This document shows, in pieces, positions 35,133 to 44,420 of a stretch of 50,010 nucleotides of DNA (the first letter of the stretch is position 1; each line of letters opens with the position of its first letter). This stretch comes from Minisyncoccota bacterium (GTDB taxonomy: Bacteria; Patescibacteriota; Minisyncoccia; UBA6257; GWB1-50-10), in contig JBAYKY010000002.1 in assembly GCA_041664385.1 (NCBI GenBank), positions 1 through 50,010 on the forward strand. Reading direction: 5' to 3'. The notes beneath the pieces were generated by a model. That model made no database searches. It was not told the DNA's origin and was given only the letters and a program-made list of their open reading frames with translations. The position numbers were made by a program, and so were the translations under genes.

Positions 35133-35651
35133 ATGAAAGAAGAAACAAAGAGCGGTGCAATGGGTATGGTATGTAGCCAAAAAAAGGTCGTGGTATATTC
35201 TCTTGTTTCATTACTTGTGGGCCTTCTTGTGGGTTGGATTATTTTCAGTCCTGCACGGCCAGCAACAGAAACAGGAGAAAATGAGGTGTCAGCAACACCC
35301 TTAGTATTGAGTGGAAAGAACGTTGTTTCGGTGGATGACCAACTTCCTGGCACTACCGTGACAATACAATCGGTGACTCTCGAAAATGCGGGGTGGGTAG
35401 CAATTCATGAGGATCGCGATGGAAAGCCGGGTAATATCCTTGGTGCTTCATGGTTTCCTGCAGGAACAAACTCAGGTTCGGTTGAGTTGTTAAGGACAAC
35501 AACCGATGGAGGAACCTATTATGCGATGATGCATAACGATGACGGGAATAAGTTGTTTGATTACAAAGTCGATATGCCGCTTACTGATGAGTCTGGAAAT
35601 CCGCTTATGGTGAAATTTATGACGACTGCAACGCCTGCAGCACAGCAATAA
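35133..35651 (+). CDS. membrane-anchored or secreted hypothetical protein
   Basis: N-terminal TM (VVVYSLVSLLVGLLVGWIIF) and a beta-rich ectodomain. TGgTACAAT at 35116-24 lies 8 nt upstream of the ATG. Confidence 0.6.
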   Translation: MKEETKSGAMGMVCSQKKVVVYSLVSLLVGLLVGWIIFSPARPATETGENEVSATPLVLSGKNVVSVDDQLPGTTVTIQSVTLENAGWVAIHEDRDGKPGNILGASWFPAGTNSGSVELLRTTTDGGTYYAMMHNDDGNKLFDYKVDMPLTDESGNPLMVKFMTTATPAAQQ

Positions 35652-35664
35652 TCATCTATACGCA

Positions 35665-35700
35665 AAATACTCCCTTCATAACGAAGGGAGTATTTATTTA
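35665..35700 (+). terminator. rho-independent terminator
   Basis: AAATACTCCCTTC/GAAGGGAGTATTT. Confidence 0.8.
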
Positions 35701-35718
35701 TAGAGAAGTCCAGGTACA

Positions 35719-36552
35719 ATGAAGAAAACTATGAATGCGCGCGTAGAAGTATTAACAAAAAAAGTATATGCGTATTATCGTGCACACGGGCGGCATGCGA
35801 TGCAGTGGCGACGAGCGCGTACGCCTTATCGCATAGTTATCTCAGAGGTAATGCTTCAGCAAACGCAGGTTTCTCGCGTAGAGAAAAAGTATCCAGAATT
35901 TATAAAACGATTTCCTACATTTCAATCACTTGCTGATGCGCGTACCACGGATGTATTAAAGGTATGGCAGGGGATGGGGTACAATCGGCGCGCACTTAAT
36001 TTGAAGCGCGCCGCAGAAATAGTAGCAACTACCTATAAGGGGAAGTTGCCTCATAGTCCCAGTATTCTTGAAACACTTCCGGGAATTGGAAAAGCAACTG
36101 CGGGTTCTATCGCAGCATTCGCATTTAATAGACCCGTACCATTCATTGAAACAAATATTCGACGCGTCTTTATTCATTTTTTATTTTCACGAAAGAAAAA
36201 AGTGAGCGACGAAGAAATTATGAAGTATGTGGTAGGTACAATTGATACAAAAAATCCCCGTGAATGGTATTACGCACTTATGGATTATGGAGCAATGCTT
36301 GCAACGCAGAAAAAAGAAAATCCGAATCGAAAAAGTAACACGTACCGAACGCAATCGCGCTTTTCTGGTTCGCGCCGCGAGCTACGAGGAAAGATTCTCT
36401 CTCTTCTTCTTGCTCAAAAAACAGTTTTGAAAAAGGAAATACAACACGCTGTCAAGAGATCAAAAGAGGAAGTAGAGAGTATTCTTTCAGTGCTTGAAAA
36501 GGAGGGCTTCGTTACTCATCAGGGGGCGAAGTACACTGTGAAGGAGAAATAA
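35719..36552 (+). CDS. MutY-like HhH-GPD adenine glycosylase homolog, cysteine-free, with a C-terminal winged-helix-like domain
   Basis: SEVMLQQTQVSRV and LPGIGKATAGSIAAFAF (HhH). No Cys anywhere in the protein. Alternative start at ATG 35731. Confidence 0.75.
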   Translation: MKKTMNARVEVLTKKVYAYYRAHGRHAMQWRRARTPYRIVISEVMLQQTQVSRVEKKYPEFIKRFPTFQSLADARTTDVLKVWQGMGYNRRALNLKRAAEIVATTYKGKLPHSPSILETLPGIGKATAGSIAAFAFNRPVPFIETNIRRVFIHFLFSRKKKVSDEEIMKYVVGTIDTKNPREWYYALMDYGAMLATQKKENPNRKSNTYRTQSRFSGSRRELRGKILSLLLAQKTVLKKEIQHAVKRSKEEVESILSVLEKEGFVTHQGAKYTVKEK

Positions 36553-36658
36553 AAGAATCCACAGGGGGTATTGATGAAGGGTGCCTTAATTTGATATGAT
36601 TATTCTCAGAAATGAGATTCCGCTCTGTGAGGGAGTGAAATCGATTTTTTTAACGATG

Positions 36659-36686
36659 AACCCGCAAAGTAATTTGCGGGTTTTTC
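36659..36686 (+). terminator. rho-independent terminator
   Basis: AACCCGCAAA/TTTGCGGGTT then TTT. Confidence 0.75.
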
Positions 36687-36797
36687 GTTTCCTATTTTCT
36701 CAAAGAACCTATTGTGATACGATAACAAAGAAGAACAACTAGAGTGAGACAACTTCGGATGAAGGTGTATTTTCTATCGTTTATCATTATTTAATTT

Positions 36798-37304
36798 ATG
36801 GAAGATCAAGAGCAAACAACTGTAGGACAAGGAACAAAATCAAAGTATTGGAAATTTGTTGCAGGATTTCTCGTTATTATTATTCTTTCTATTGTGGCGC
36901 TTTTTGGCCTCTCAAAATATGAGCGGTATTTGAGTAGTAGAGAAGTAGATAAGATGGCGAGCGCATTAAATCAGCTTGAGAAGCAGGATTATGATGCTGC
37001 GATGGCGGATACCGTTGGTGGAAAGACGCCTCAGGAGACTCTCTCAATGTATATTGCTGCTGTTGAGAAAGGAGACTATGTCCTTGCAAGCAAGTATTTC
37101 ATTGGGAGTAAGCAGGAGCAAGAGTTGAAGAGTTTTGAGGGAGCACCTCAAGCAAACATAGACAAGGTTATTGCCCTTCTTAAGAGCTCAACAAAGGATA
37201 GCGGAGTTTATGATGTTGATAAGAAGTATTTTAGTATTAGTAATCCTATCTCAGTTCGCATGAAGTTGTACCCCAACGGTACTTGGAAGATTATAGAAAT
37301 TTAA
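36798..37304 (+). CDS. membrane-anchored hypothetical protein
   Basis: Single N-terminal TM (FVAGFLVIIILSIVALFGL); lies immediately upstream of the giant protein gene. Confidence 0.6.
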   Translation: MEDQEQTTVGQGTKSKYWKFVAGFLVIIILSIVALFGLSKYERYLSSREVDKMASALNQLEKQDYDAAMADTVGGKTPQETLSMYIAAVEKGDYVLASKYFIGSKQEQELKSFEGAPQANIDKVIALLKSSTKDSGVYDVDKKYFSISNPISVRMKLYPNGTWKIIEI

Positions 37305-37324
37305 TATTAATAAAATAAATTATT

Positions 37325-40300
37325 ATGACCAAGAAAGTTGTTTCTTGTGTTTTCGTTTTATTTTGTGCGTTCGCAAGTTTCGAATATGCGCATGCATATG
37401 ATGATGAGACAACACACCCCGCACTCACAAGTGAGGTTATTAGCTTTTATAATTCAACTCATCCTGATAAATTATTTACAGAAGAGCAACGGAATTGGAT
37501 TGTAGAGGGGAGCAAGCTTGAAGATGTGGCTCCGCGTTGGATAAATCATTTTTATGACCCCATCTTAAAAGAAGGATGGACTGGAGAGAAAACTGGGAGT
37601 ATTGCCCCGCTTGCAGTACGTATGGTTGCAGAATTTGGCCTAGCCCAAGGGAAGCCACTTTCTGCGGTTGAGTGGGTAAATAATGATTTACGACAGGGAG
37701 ATTATATTTGGTACGAAGGAAATAAGACATGGAAGAAAGCTCTTGATGAGTATGCGTCAGGAAATGAGAGAGAAGCATATATTGCACTCGGGCACGTGCT
37801 CCATCTTTTAGAAGACATGTCGGTGCCTGATCATACGCGCAATGATACGCATGCTCCACTTGGCGACCTAGTGGGAGATGAGGGTTCTCCTTTTGAAACC
37901 TATCTTGCAAAGTCAGAAACAAAACTTAATATTGCAAATGCACTTACAAGGTTAGATAAACAAGAAATACAAGAGTCATCTATTGAAGATCATCTTGCTG
38001 CTCTTGCTGTATATTCAAATAAATATTTCTTTTCAAAAGACACTATAAATGATCCAAAATATAGATTTCCGAAAATTTTAAAAGAAGACGTAGGATTCGG
38101 ATACGGCCAAGATGAAGATGGACATTTTTTTCCACTTGTGAAAAGTGTAGTGCAAAAAAATATTGAATTTCAAACAAAAATAAATCATTTAATTGAGGAA
38201 ACAGACAAGGATATTTTCAATGCGTACTTTTCCAGACTTTCAAAACAAGTAGTATTACATGGCGCAGGAGTGATAGATCTTTTTTATAAACAAGCGGAAG
38301 ATGCAAAAATTAATAAGGAATTTCCTACACATATTGTGCAGTTTGATAAAGCATGGGGAAGGCTACCTATATTTTCTTTTGTGGGAGAGATTGTGAAGTT
38401 GAAAATTTCAATAAGTAATAGAATAAATTCAATTCGTTTATTTACGAATAAGGTATTAGGATATGAAAAACTTTTAAACAAAATGCAGAAAAAAGAGGTG
38501 ATAACAAATTTAGAAGAAGAAGAAGCTACGGATTTTCCAAAAGAAGAAAGTGAAACTCCCATTATTGATATAGATGAGGGTGTTGCCAATAAAGTTGTTG
38601 AGTCGGTTCTTCTGGATACAGACGCATTGGAAAATGCTCAAAAGGACGAAGAGGTAGCGAATAATAATGTTTCAGAAGAAAATATAGCGAGTACAAATAG
38701 TAATAAGGTTAAAAACGAAATTAAATATACATCTTCTGGCGGTGGTAGTCCTTCAAATAATAGTGATTCGAACACTGAGTGGCTCTCGGCTGAAGTAAGG
38801 ATTGTTGAGATTATGTACGATTTACCAGGAACTGATGAGAAAAGAGAGTGGATTGAGATTCTGAATGAAGGAAATTCGGGTGTTGTAGTTGAAAATATGA
38901 AATTCGTCGAGAAGGGAATAAATCATACTCTTTCACTTGTGCGTGGTACAAGTACCCTTCCTTCGAATGCATATGCGATTATTGCAAGTGATGCAGAACA
39001 ATTTCTTATTGATCATCCCTCATTTCAAGGAACACTTCTTGACAGCACATTTTCATTGAGCAATGAGGGAGAGACGATTGCGCTTAAGGGAGGCACCCGC
39101 ATTTTGAATGAAATTACATATGCCACAAGTACTGGTGCGCACGGGGATGGTAATTCTTTGCAATTAGTAGAAGGCGTGTGGCGCGCATTATCTCCTACGC
39201 CTGGAGAGAAAAATATATACACCCCTCCCCCAATGAATCAAGCACCAAATGTAGTGTTTCGTTATACTCCTCTTGATCCGCAGGTTGGAGATATTGTTCA
39301 GTTCGATGCCGCATCATCGACAGACACAGATGGCTCCATTATTTTCTATCAATGGAATTTTGGTGATAGCACCACTGCAAGTTCTTCATATGCTACTACT
39401 ACTCACACATTTTCGGGTGCTGGGACATACATTTCAACACTTACTTTATATGATAATGAAAATTCATCATCAAGTCGTTCTGTATCTATAGCAGTTGCTC
39501 CGCGTGGGTCGCGTGGAGTTAATCATGTGATAATAAGCGAAATACAAGTTGGGGGCGTTGATGCGGGAGAGGAATTTATTGAGCTCTATAATCCCTCTGC
39601 TCAAGCCTTGGATCTTTCTCTGTGGTCCTTACAGTATGCGAGTGGAAGTGCAGAAAGCGTTTCGTCCTCGACAGTTTTTAAAAAGAATTTTTCTACAACA
39701 TCAGTAATAAACCCAAATAAATTTTTTCTTATAGCACGCACAAAAAATGGAGAGGGGAAAGACGGATATACTGGTTTACAGATTCCTGATCTTTCTCATA
39801 GATCTTTTAGTCTCTCAGGTGCGGCAGCAGGAGGAAAGATTTTTCTGGTACGCAATCAGGACGAAATAGAAAGTGAAAGCGATCCCGATATTGTGGATAT
39901 GGTCGATTATGCAGCTCAAGTGCCAGTAGAGGGTATGAGTATTGAACGGAAGGCGTGGGTATCAAATGCATGTGTATCATCACTCGCAGGAGGAGTAGGA
40001 GAATTTTTGGGTCATGGATGTGATAGTGATGAAATCATTGATTTTGAGGTACGAGCAAATCCGAACCCTCAAAATAGTACAAGTCTTTTAGAGCCACGAA
40101 CGGCGCCTACGACTCCTATGGGTATCGATGGCACAACAACTAGTATTGTATCGTATAGCTCAAGCTCTCTTACTCTTTCTTTTCATTGGCAACCCTCAAT
40201 AGATTTTGAAGGGGCTACATCATCTCTTTTTTATAAGTTATATGAGGTGAGTGGTTCTTCAACGTTAATTACTACGACTACAGAGCCCTCATATTCGATG

Positions 40301-41779
40301 AGTATTAAAGAAATTGGGCGCGTATACGCATTTGAACTCATTGCAGAAGATAGGGAGGGATTTCATTCCGCAACAAGTACTTTTAATATTGAAGTACCAA
40401 GTTTTTTTACTAGTCTCTATTTTTATCAGGATCCGACTAACGGGTCTCCTCAATATCTCACAAAAGCTTTTTTTGATGCATATCCATTCGTATCACAAAA
40501 ATATATAGAGGGAGACGCTTCGAAGATGGTGGTCTTTTATGCGAATACAGACGCGGCTAAAAAAGAGATGATTACTCCTACGGATGCAGGTGCATTTAGT
40601 GATGTGCCGGGTGTGATTGGAATAACTACAAAAAGGTGTGGCGGCTCTATTTGGGAGAGTAGCTATTTGGTTTTGAGAGATGGAAACGATAATTGTGCAT
40701 GGGGACCAACAGTAACGAGTGATGTAAGTCCTTCTCAACCACAGATTGAACCGACTCGGTTTTTGTTTTCTTTGGGAATGCCGAGCGGAGTTACTTATAG
40801 TTCATCAGATTATTTTACTGTTGCGTTCTATGATGCGTGGCCCTATGTTGGCCCTTGGGGGAGCCGCGCATATGAACTTGTGGCTGTAGACAAGAAGCAT
40901 TATCAATTTGGCGTTGAGCCGCGCGTTGCGGCGCCGCATCTTCCTGATTCCGTTCGTGTTGATTACGATCGAACGAATTCAAAAATTACAGTGAATTGGG
41001 ATAAGGCAACAGATGTCGATTCAATGGATTCAGAATTGTTGTATGAAATAAATATTTCACCGCGCGGAGGTCTTGATGAATCGAAGTGGCAGGCACAAGG
41101 AACAAAATTGAGTTATGTGCAAGAGGTAAATATAGAAGAAGCATTTTTGATTGCGGTGCGCGTAAAAGATGAATTTGGGAATGTGTCGGAGACACGTACA
41201 ATTGAATGGCAGACACCATTAATTACTATGCATTTTTCACAAGGAGAAGTAAGTGGGTGGAGTGATAGATGGGGGACACTTAATCAGTATTCTTCTGATC
41301 CTACACGTGCAAGTTTTCAACGTATCGTGCCGCAGGAAGATTTTGCATTTAATACTGCCGCGGTGCGCCTTTCAATTGAAGGAGCTGGAGATCCAAGAAT
41401 TGTTCGTCTCTCAGTATTTCCTGAGGATGGTTCTCATCAGATTGATTTTACAAATCCCCTCGCGCGTTCTTCAATAAATAATTTATCTACGACAAACAAA
41501 GAGAGTGATTCTATTTTTCCATTTGATTCTCCGGTCGTATTCACGAGCAGCACTCCATATTGGTTTGTGTTTGATGCTGCAGAATCTTCGAATTTGATTG
41601 GATTTTATCGAACCTCATTACAAAATGGTGTGGCGGTAGGAAATGTATATGGTGATGGGTATGCAGGATGGGGATATGCGCAGGGGCCAGATGCGGTGTG
41701 CTCTGCATCGTGCAGATTTGTAGCAGGAAATTCAGTAGGTGATAGCGATTGGTATTTGAAGCTCGGGATGAGGGAGTAG
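37325..41779 (+). CDS. giant secreted multidomain protein: PLC/P1-nuclease-like Zn-hydrolase domain, lamin-tail domain, PKD domain, second lamin-tail domain, large beta-rich C-terminal region
   Basis: Signal peptide. LGHVLHLLEDMSVPDHTRND (nt 37787-37850). LTD-like VRIVEIMYDLPGTDEKREWIEILN..SLSNEGETIAL (about 38792-39213). PKD YQWNFGDS (about 39245-39501). Second LTD VIISEIQVGG..EEFIELYN (about 39526-40078). Confidence 0.85.
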   Translation: MTKKVVSCVFVLFCAFASFEYAHAYDDETTHPALTSEVISFYNSTHPDKLFTEEQRNWIVEGSKLEDVAPRWINHFYDPILKEGWTGEKTGSIAPLAVRMVAEFGLAQGKPLSAVEWVNNDLRQGDYIWYEGNKTWKKALDEYASGNEREAYIALGHVLHLLEDMSVPDHTRNDTHAPLGDLVGDEGSPFETYLAKSETKLNIANALTRLDKQEIQESSIEDHLAALAVYSNKYFFSKDTINDPKYRFPKILKEDVGFGYGQDEDGHFFPLVKSVVQKNIEFQTKINHLIEETDKDIFNAYFSRLSKQVVLHGAGVIDLFYKQAEDAKINKEFPTHIVQFDKAWGRLPIFSFVGEIVKLKISISNRINSIRLFTNKVLGYEKLLNKMQKKEVITNLEEEEATDFPKEESETPIIDIDEGVANKVVESVLLDTDALENAQKDEEVANNNVSEENIASTNSNKVKNEIKYTSSGGGSPSNNSDSNTEWLSAEVRIVEIMYDLPGTDEKREWIEILNEGNSGVVVENMKFVEKGINHTLSLVRGTSTLPSNAYAIIASDAEQFLIDHPSFQGTLLDSTFSLSNEGETIALKGGTRILNEITYATSTGAHGDGNSLQLVEGVWRALSPTPGEKNIYTPPPMNQAPNVVFRYTPLDPQVGDIVQFDAASSTDTDGSIIFYQWNFGDSTTASSSYATTTHTFSGAGTYISTLTLYDNENSSSSRSVSIAVAPRGSRGVNHVIISEIQVGGVDAGEEFIELYNPSAQALDLSLWSLQYASGSAESVSSSTVFKKNFSTTSVINPNKFFLIARTKNGEGKDGYTGLQIPDLSHRSFSLSGAAAGGKIFLVRNQDEIESESDPDIVDMVDYAAQVPVEGMSIERKAWVSNACVSSLAGGVGEFLGHGCDSDEIIDFEVRANPNPQNSTSLLEPRTAPTTPMGIDGTTTSIVSYSSSSLTLSFHWQPSIDFEGATSSLFYKLYEVSGSSTLITTTTEPSYSMSIKEIGRVYAFELIAEDREGFHSATSTFNIEVPSFFTSLYFYQDPTNGSPQYLTKAFFDAYPFVSQKYIEGDASKMVVFYANTDAAKKEMITPTDAGAFSDVPGVIGITTKRCGGSIWESSYLVLRDGNDNCAWGPTVTSDVSPSQPQIEPTRFLFSLGMPSGVTYSSSDYFTVAFYDAWPYVGPWGSRAYELVAVDKKHYQFGVEPRVAAPHLPDSVRVDYDRTNSKITVNWDKATDVDSMDSELLYEINISPRGGLDESKWQAQGTKLSYVQEVNIEEAFLIAVRVKDEFGNVSETRTIEWQTPLITMHFSQGEVSGWSDRWGTLNQYSSDPTRASFQRIVPQEDFAFNTAAVRLSIEGAGDPRIVRLSVFPEDGSHQIDFTNPLARSSINNLSTTNKESDSIFPFDSPVVFTSSTPYWFVFDAAESSNLIGFYRTSLQNGVAVGNVYGDGYAGWGYAQGPDAVCSASCRFVAGNSVGDSDWYLKLGMRE

Positions 41780-41782
41780 GCA

Positions 41783-41812
41783 TTGACAAAAATAGACATA
41801 TTGTATTATAAT
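41783..41812 (+). promoter_or_regulatory. consensus sigma70-like promoter TTGACA-18-TATAAT
   Basis: TTGACA at 41783-88 and TATAAT at 41807-12. The downstream gene has a GGAGG Shine-Dalgarno. Confidence 0.65.
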
Positions 41813-41881
41813 ACTTTGCAGTTATTCCTGTGCGGAATTTTTACAACTCACTCACTTAATCACTAACAATGGAGGTTCATT

Positions 41882-42217
41882 ATGTTCGATTTTCTTCGAG
41901 TTCTGCATCCGCAGATACTCAGTGTTGTTGTTTTTCTTCTCGTCCTCTGGATAGCAATTATTGTATCCCTGAAGATTGATAAGAGAAAAGATGTACAGAG
42001 AGTTTTGCCGAAAATTGGCCGATGGATTACCGGTCTTACGGTGTTAGGCTTTCTTATTTATGCACTTCAATTTGCAAGCGTGAATGAAACGCCACGTGCG
42101 GTCATTGATCGTTCTGCAACTGAAGAAGGAAAAAAGAATTTTGAGAAACGCATGCAAGAAGAAGCCAACAAACCAAAAATCACTGATTCCACCACCACAC
42201 AGAAGGAAGTAAAATAA
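41882..42217 (+). CDS. two-TM membrane protein (hypothetical)
   Basis: Two hydrophobic helices; TAATG overlap with the next gene. Confidence 0.6.
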   Translation: MFDFLRVLHPQILSVVVFLLVLWIAIIVSLKIDKRKDVQRVLPKIGRWITGLTVLGFLIYALQFASVNETPRAVIDRSATEEGKKNFEKRMQEEANKPKITDSTTTQKEVK

Positions 42218-43065
42218 TGAAAAAGTCACTCTTCGTTTCGTTCATTGCTATTTTCACTGCAATTCTTTTCATCGGCTGCAGTTCGGATGTGAAAAATATT
42301 CCTCCGGGCTATATTGCCAAGATTCTCACCCCCACGGGATGGGAAAAAGATGTAAGGGAAGCGGGACAGGTTGATATCGGTACTCTCGACAACGAGAAGC
42401 GTGGCAACACCCTTGTGCTCATGGAAGCAACATCTGTGACCATCAAAGAGCAATTCATGGAAGCAAATTCTCCCGAAAATCAAGACAAACAGGATCATCG
42501 CGTGATGCTTAAGGGGGGGACGCCGGTCGTTGTGGATATTTACGCCCAGGTGAGCGTGCCGGTCGATCCCGAGCTTCGGAATGCTGCGTTTGCGCAGATA
42601 ACACCGAAATCGAGCGACAAAGATGAGCGCGTGAAGGTCATCAACCTCGGAGATATCTATGACCGATTCGCGAAGATGAGTATTCGCAGTTATACGCGAA
42701 GTATCTTTGCAAAATATCAGGACTACAATGAGGTGTTGCAAAATTATACCAAGATAAATGCTGAGATTTCCACCATGGTGATGAAAGTGTTCAAAGAGAA
42801 CAAAGTTCCTCTTGAACTCATATCAGCAAGTCTTTCGAATGTGAAACCCGATCAGGCTATTTGGGAGGCGAGCAATAAGCAGTCTGCTGCCGCTTCGGAA
42901 GTTGCTGCCATCAATATGGTAGGAGATGCAATGAGAAAGAATCCCGGGTATCTGCAATTCAAGCAATGGGAAACCATTGAGAAAATTGCAGGCAAGGGTG
43001 TCAACCTTACTCTTATCGTTGGCGGTTCCGATAAACCCGTATATACAATACCGGTCGGAAAATGA
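42217..43065 (+). CDS. lipoprotein with an SPFH/Band-7-like domain (tentative)
   Basis: Signal peptide plus lipobox LFIGC. The overall pattern resembles prohibitin/stomatin-type SPFH domains. Confidence 0.55.
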   Translation: MKKSLFVSFIAIFTAILFIGCSSDVKNIPPGYIAKILTPTGWEKDVREAGQVDIGTLDNEKRGNTLVLMEATSVTIKEQFMEANSPENQDKQDHRVMLKGGTPVVVDIYAQVSVPVDPELRNAAFAQITPKSSDKDERVKVINLGDIYDRFAKMSIRSYTRSIFAKYQDYNEVLQNYTKINAEISTMVMKVFKENKVPLELISASLSNVKPDQAIWEASNKQSAAASEVAAINMVGDAMRKNPGYLQFKQWETIEKIAGKGVNLTLIVGGSDKPVYTIPVGK

Positions 43066-43087
43066 TTGAGTAGAAGGTAATATCAAC

Positions 43088-43128
43088 AATAGCCGTGCGC
43101 GAGCAATCGCCACGGCTATTATTTTTTT
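43088..43128 (+). terminator. rho-independent terminator
   Basis: AATAGCCGTG/CACGGCTATT 10-bp stem then TTTTTTT. Confidence 0.85.
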
Positions 43129-43216
43129 GTTGGTATTGACGACCGGAGTAATATATGAGAATGTGGGGGCAGTATGAGGTCTATTAACAATTCAATATAT
43201 ATGAAAGGAGTATGCA

Positions 43217-43912
43217 ATGACCAATATACGGTATGTGGACACACTTATCATTTCCGATGTGCACCTTGGCTCGGAGGTAAGCCGCTCAGCCGCACTTCTT
43301 GAACTTCTCAAGAGATTCCATTTCAAACGATTAGTTCTCTTGGGTGATATCTTTGATGACCTTAATTTCAAGCGAATCAATCGTGAACAGTGGAATCTTA
43401 TCTCTCACATTCGTCTCCTTTCAAATCCAAAAAGGGAAGTGGAAGTGGTGTGGATTATAGGGAACCATGACGAAATGCTCGTTGATGTAATGAGCAGTCT
43501 TGTGGGTATTGATACAAGAGAAGAATATACATGGACATACCAGGGAAAAGTTTATTTCGCTATACATGGTCATCAATTTGACAGCTTTCTAAAAAATAAT
43601 TGGTTGATTAGCGAAGTGGCAACAATTTTTTATAATTTTCTTCAGAAGCTTGATAAAAAGACACATCGTTTTAGTCGCTATGTGAAAAAGATGAGCAAGC
43701 AGTGGCTCAGAGTTTCTCGGCAGATTGCCGAAGGAGCAGTTCATTACAGCAAGCGGTATGGTGCGCACTATGTATTTTGTGGCCATACTCATCAAGAGCT
43801 TCACTGGACAATCGACAATGTTGAATATTTCAATTCCGGTTGTTGGACAAGTATACCTTCCGGATATATTACTATCGATGAAAACGGTACCGCAATAAAT
43901 CAGGAGAACTAA
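43217..43912 (+). CDS. calcineurin-like metallophosphoesterase (LpxH-like family)
   Basis: ISDVHLG, LLGDIFDD, GNHD, HGHQFD, GHTH. AAGGAG Shine-Dalgarno upstream. Confidence 0.85.
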   Translation: MTNIRYVDTLIISDVHLGSEVSRSAALLELLKRFHFKRLVLLGDIFDDLNFKRINREQWNLISHIRLLSNPKREVEVVWIIGNHDEMLVDVMSSLVGIDTREEYTWTYQGKVYFAIHGHQFDSFLKNNWLISEVATIFYNFLQKLDKKTHRFSRYVKKMSKQWLRVSRQIAEGAVHYSKRYGAHYVFCGHTHQELHWTIDNVEYFNSGCWTSIPSGYITIDENGTAINQEN

Positions 43913-43914
43913 AC

Positions 43915-43942
43915 AATCCCGCCAAATGGCGGGGTTTTTATT
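43915..43942 (+). terminator. rho-independent terminator
   Basis: CCCGCC/GGCGGG then TTTTT. Confidence 0.8.
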
Positions 43943-44025
43943 ATATGGCTGATATTTGACAGAGCGGCAGGGGTGGCACTACTCTAATAAAAGTTTCTTT
44001 TAATTGAGAGAAGAAAGGGAGTCGT

Positions 44026-44307
44026 ATGGGAATTATCGGAATGATTTTTTGCGCGTGTGGTGTACACAAATGGGAGAAGATGCCTTCAGAAAAAGAAATT
44101 GTGAAAGGTACTGGAGTACACTTTATTTTTCTAAGTGAAGGGATACAGAAAGCAACACAACACTGCGTTCGGAAGGAATGCGCGGGTAAGCGAAGAGTGT
44201 ATCGACAAGGGTGGGTAGGTTCTGGTGTGAAGGAACCAAAATGGGAAAGACTTTCCAAATCAAAGGAAGAATATATTGATTCTCTTCCTAATGTGTTTCA
44301 AGCATAG
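44026..44307 (+). CDS. hypothetical protein
   Basis: AGGGAG Shine-Dalgarno upstream and a terminator right after the stop; no family recognised. Confidence 0.5.
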   Translation: MGIIGMIFCACGVHKWEKMPSEKEIVKGTGVHFIFLSEGIQKATQHCVRKECAGKRRVYRQGWVGSGVKEPKWERLSKSKEEYIDSLPNVFQA

Positions 44308-44310
44308 TGT

Positions 44311-44340
44311 GACCGCAGGACAATTCCTGCGGTTTTTATT
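44311..44340 (+). terminator. rho-independent terminator
   Basis: ACCGCAGGA/TCCTGCGGT then TTTTT. Confidence 0.8.
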
Positions 44341-44347
44341 TGTAATA

Positions 44348-44376
44348 TTGACGCTCCGACTTTGGTGGAATAGACT
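44348..44376 (+). promoter_or_regulatory. sigma70-like promoter TTGACG-17-TAGACT
   Basis: TTGACG at 44348-53 and TAGACT at 44371-76. Confidence 0.5.
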
Positions 44377-44420
44377 CACCGTAGTAGCTTTTACTACGAA
44401 TAAGAAAGGAAGCGTGAACT

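Noticed and set aside
42226-42741. 171-aa minus-strand ORF
   Set aside because: Antisense to the lipoprotein gene, which has a signal peptide and lipobox, a coupled start and a terminator.
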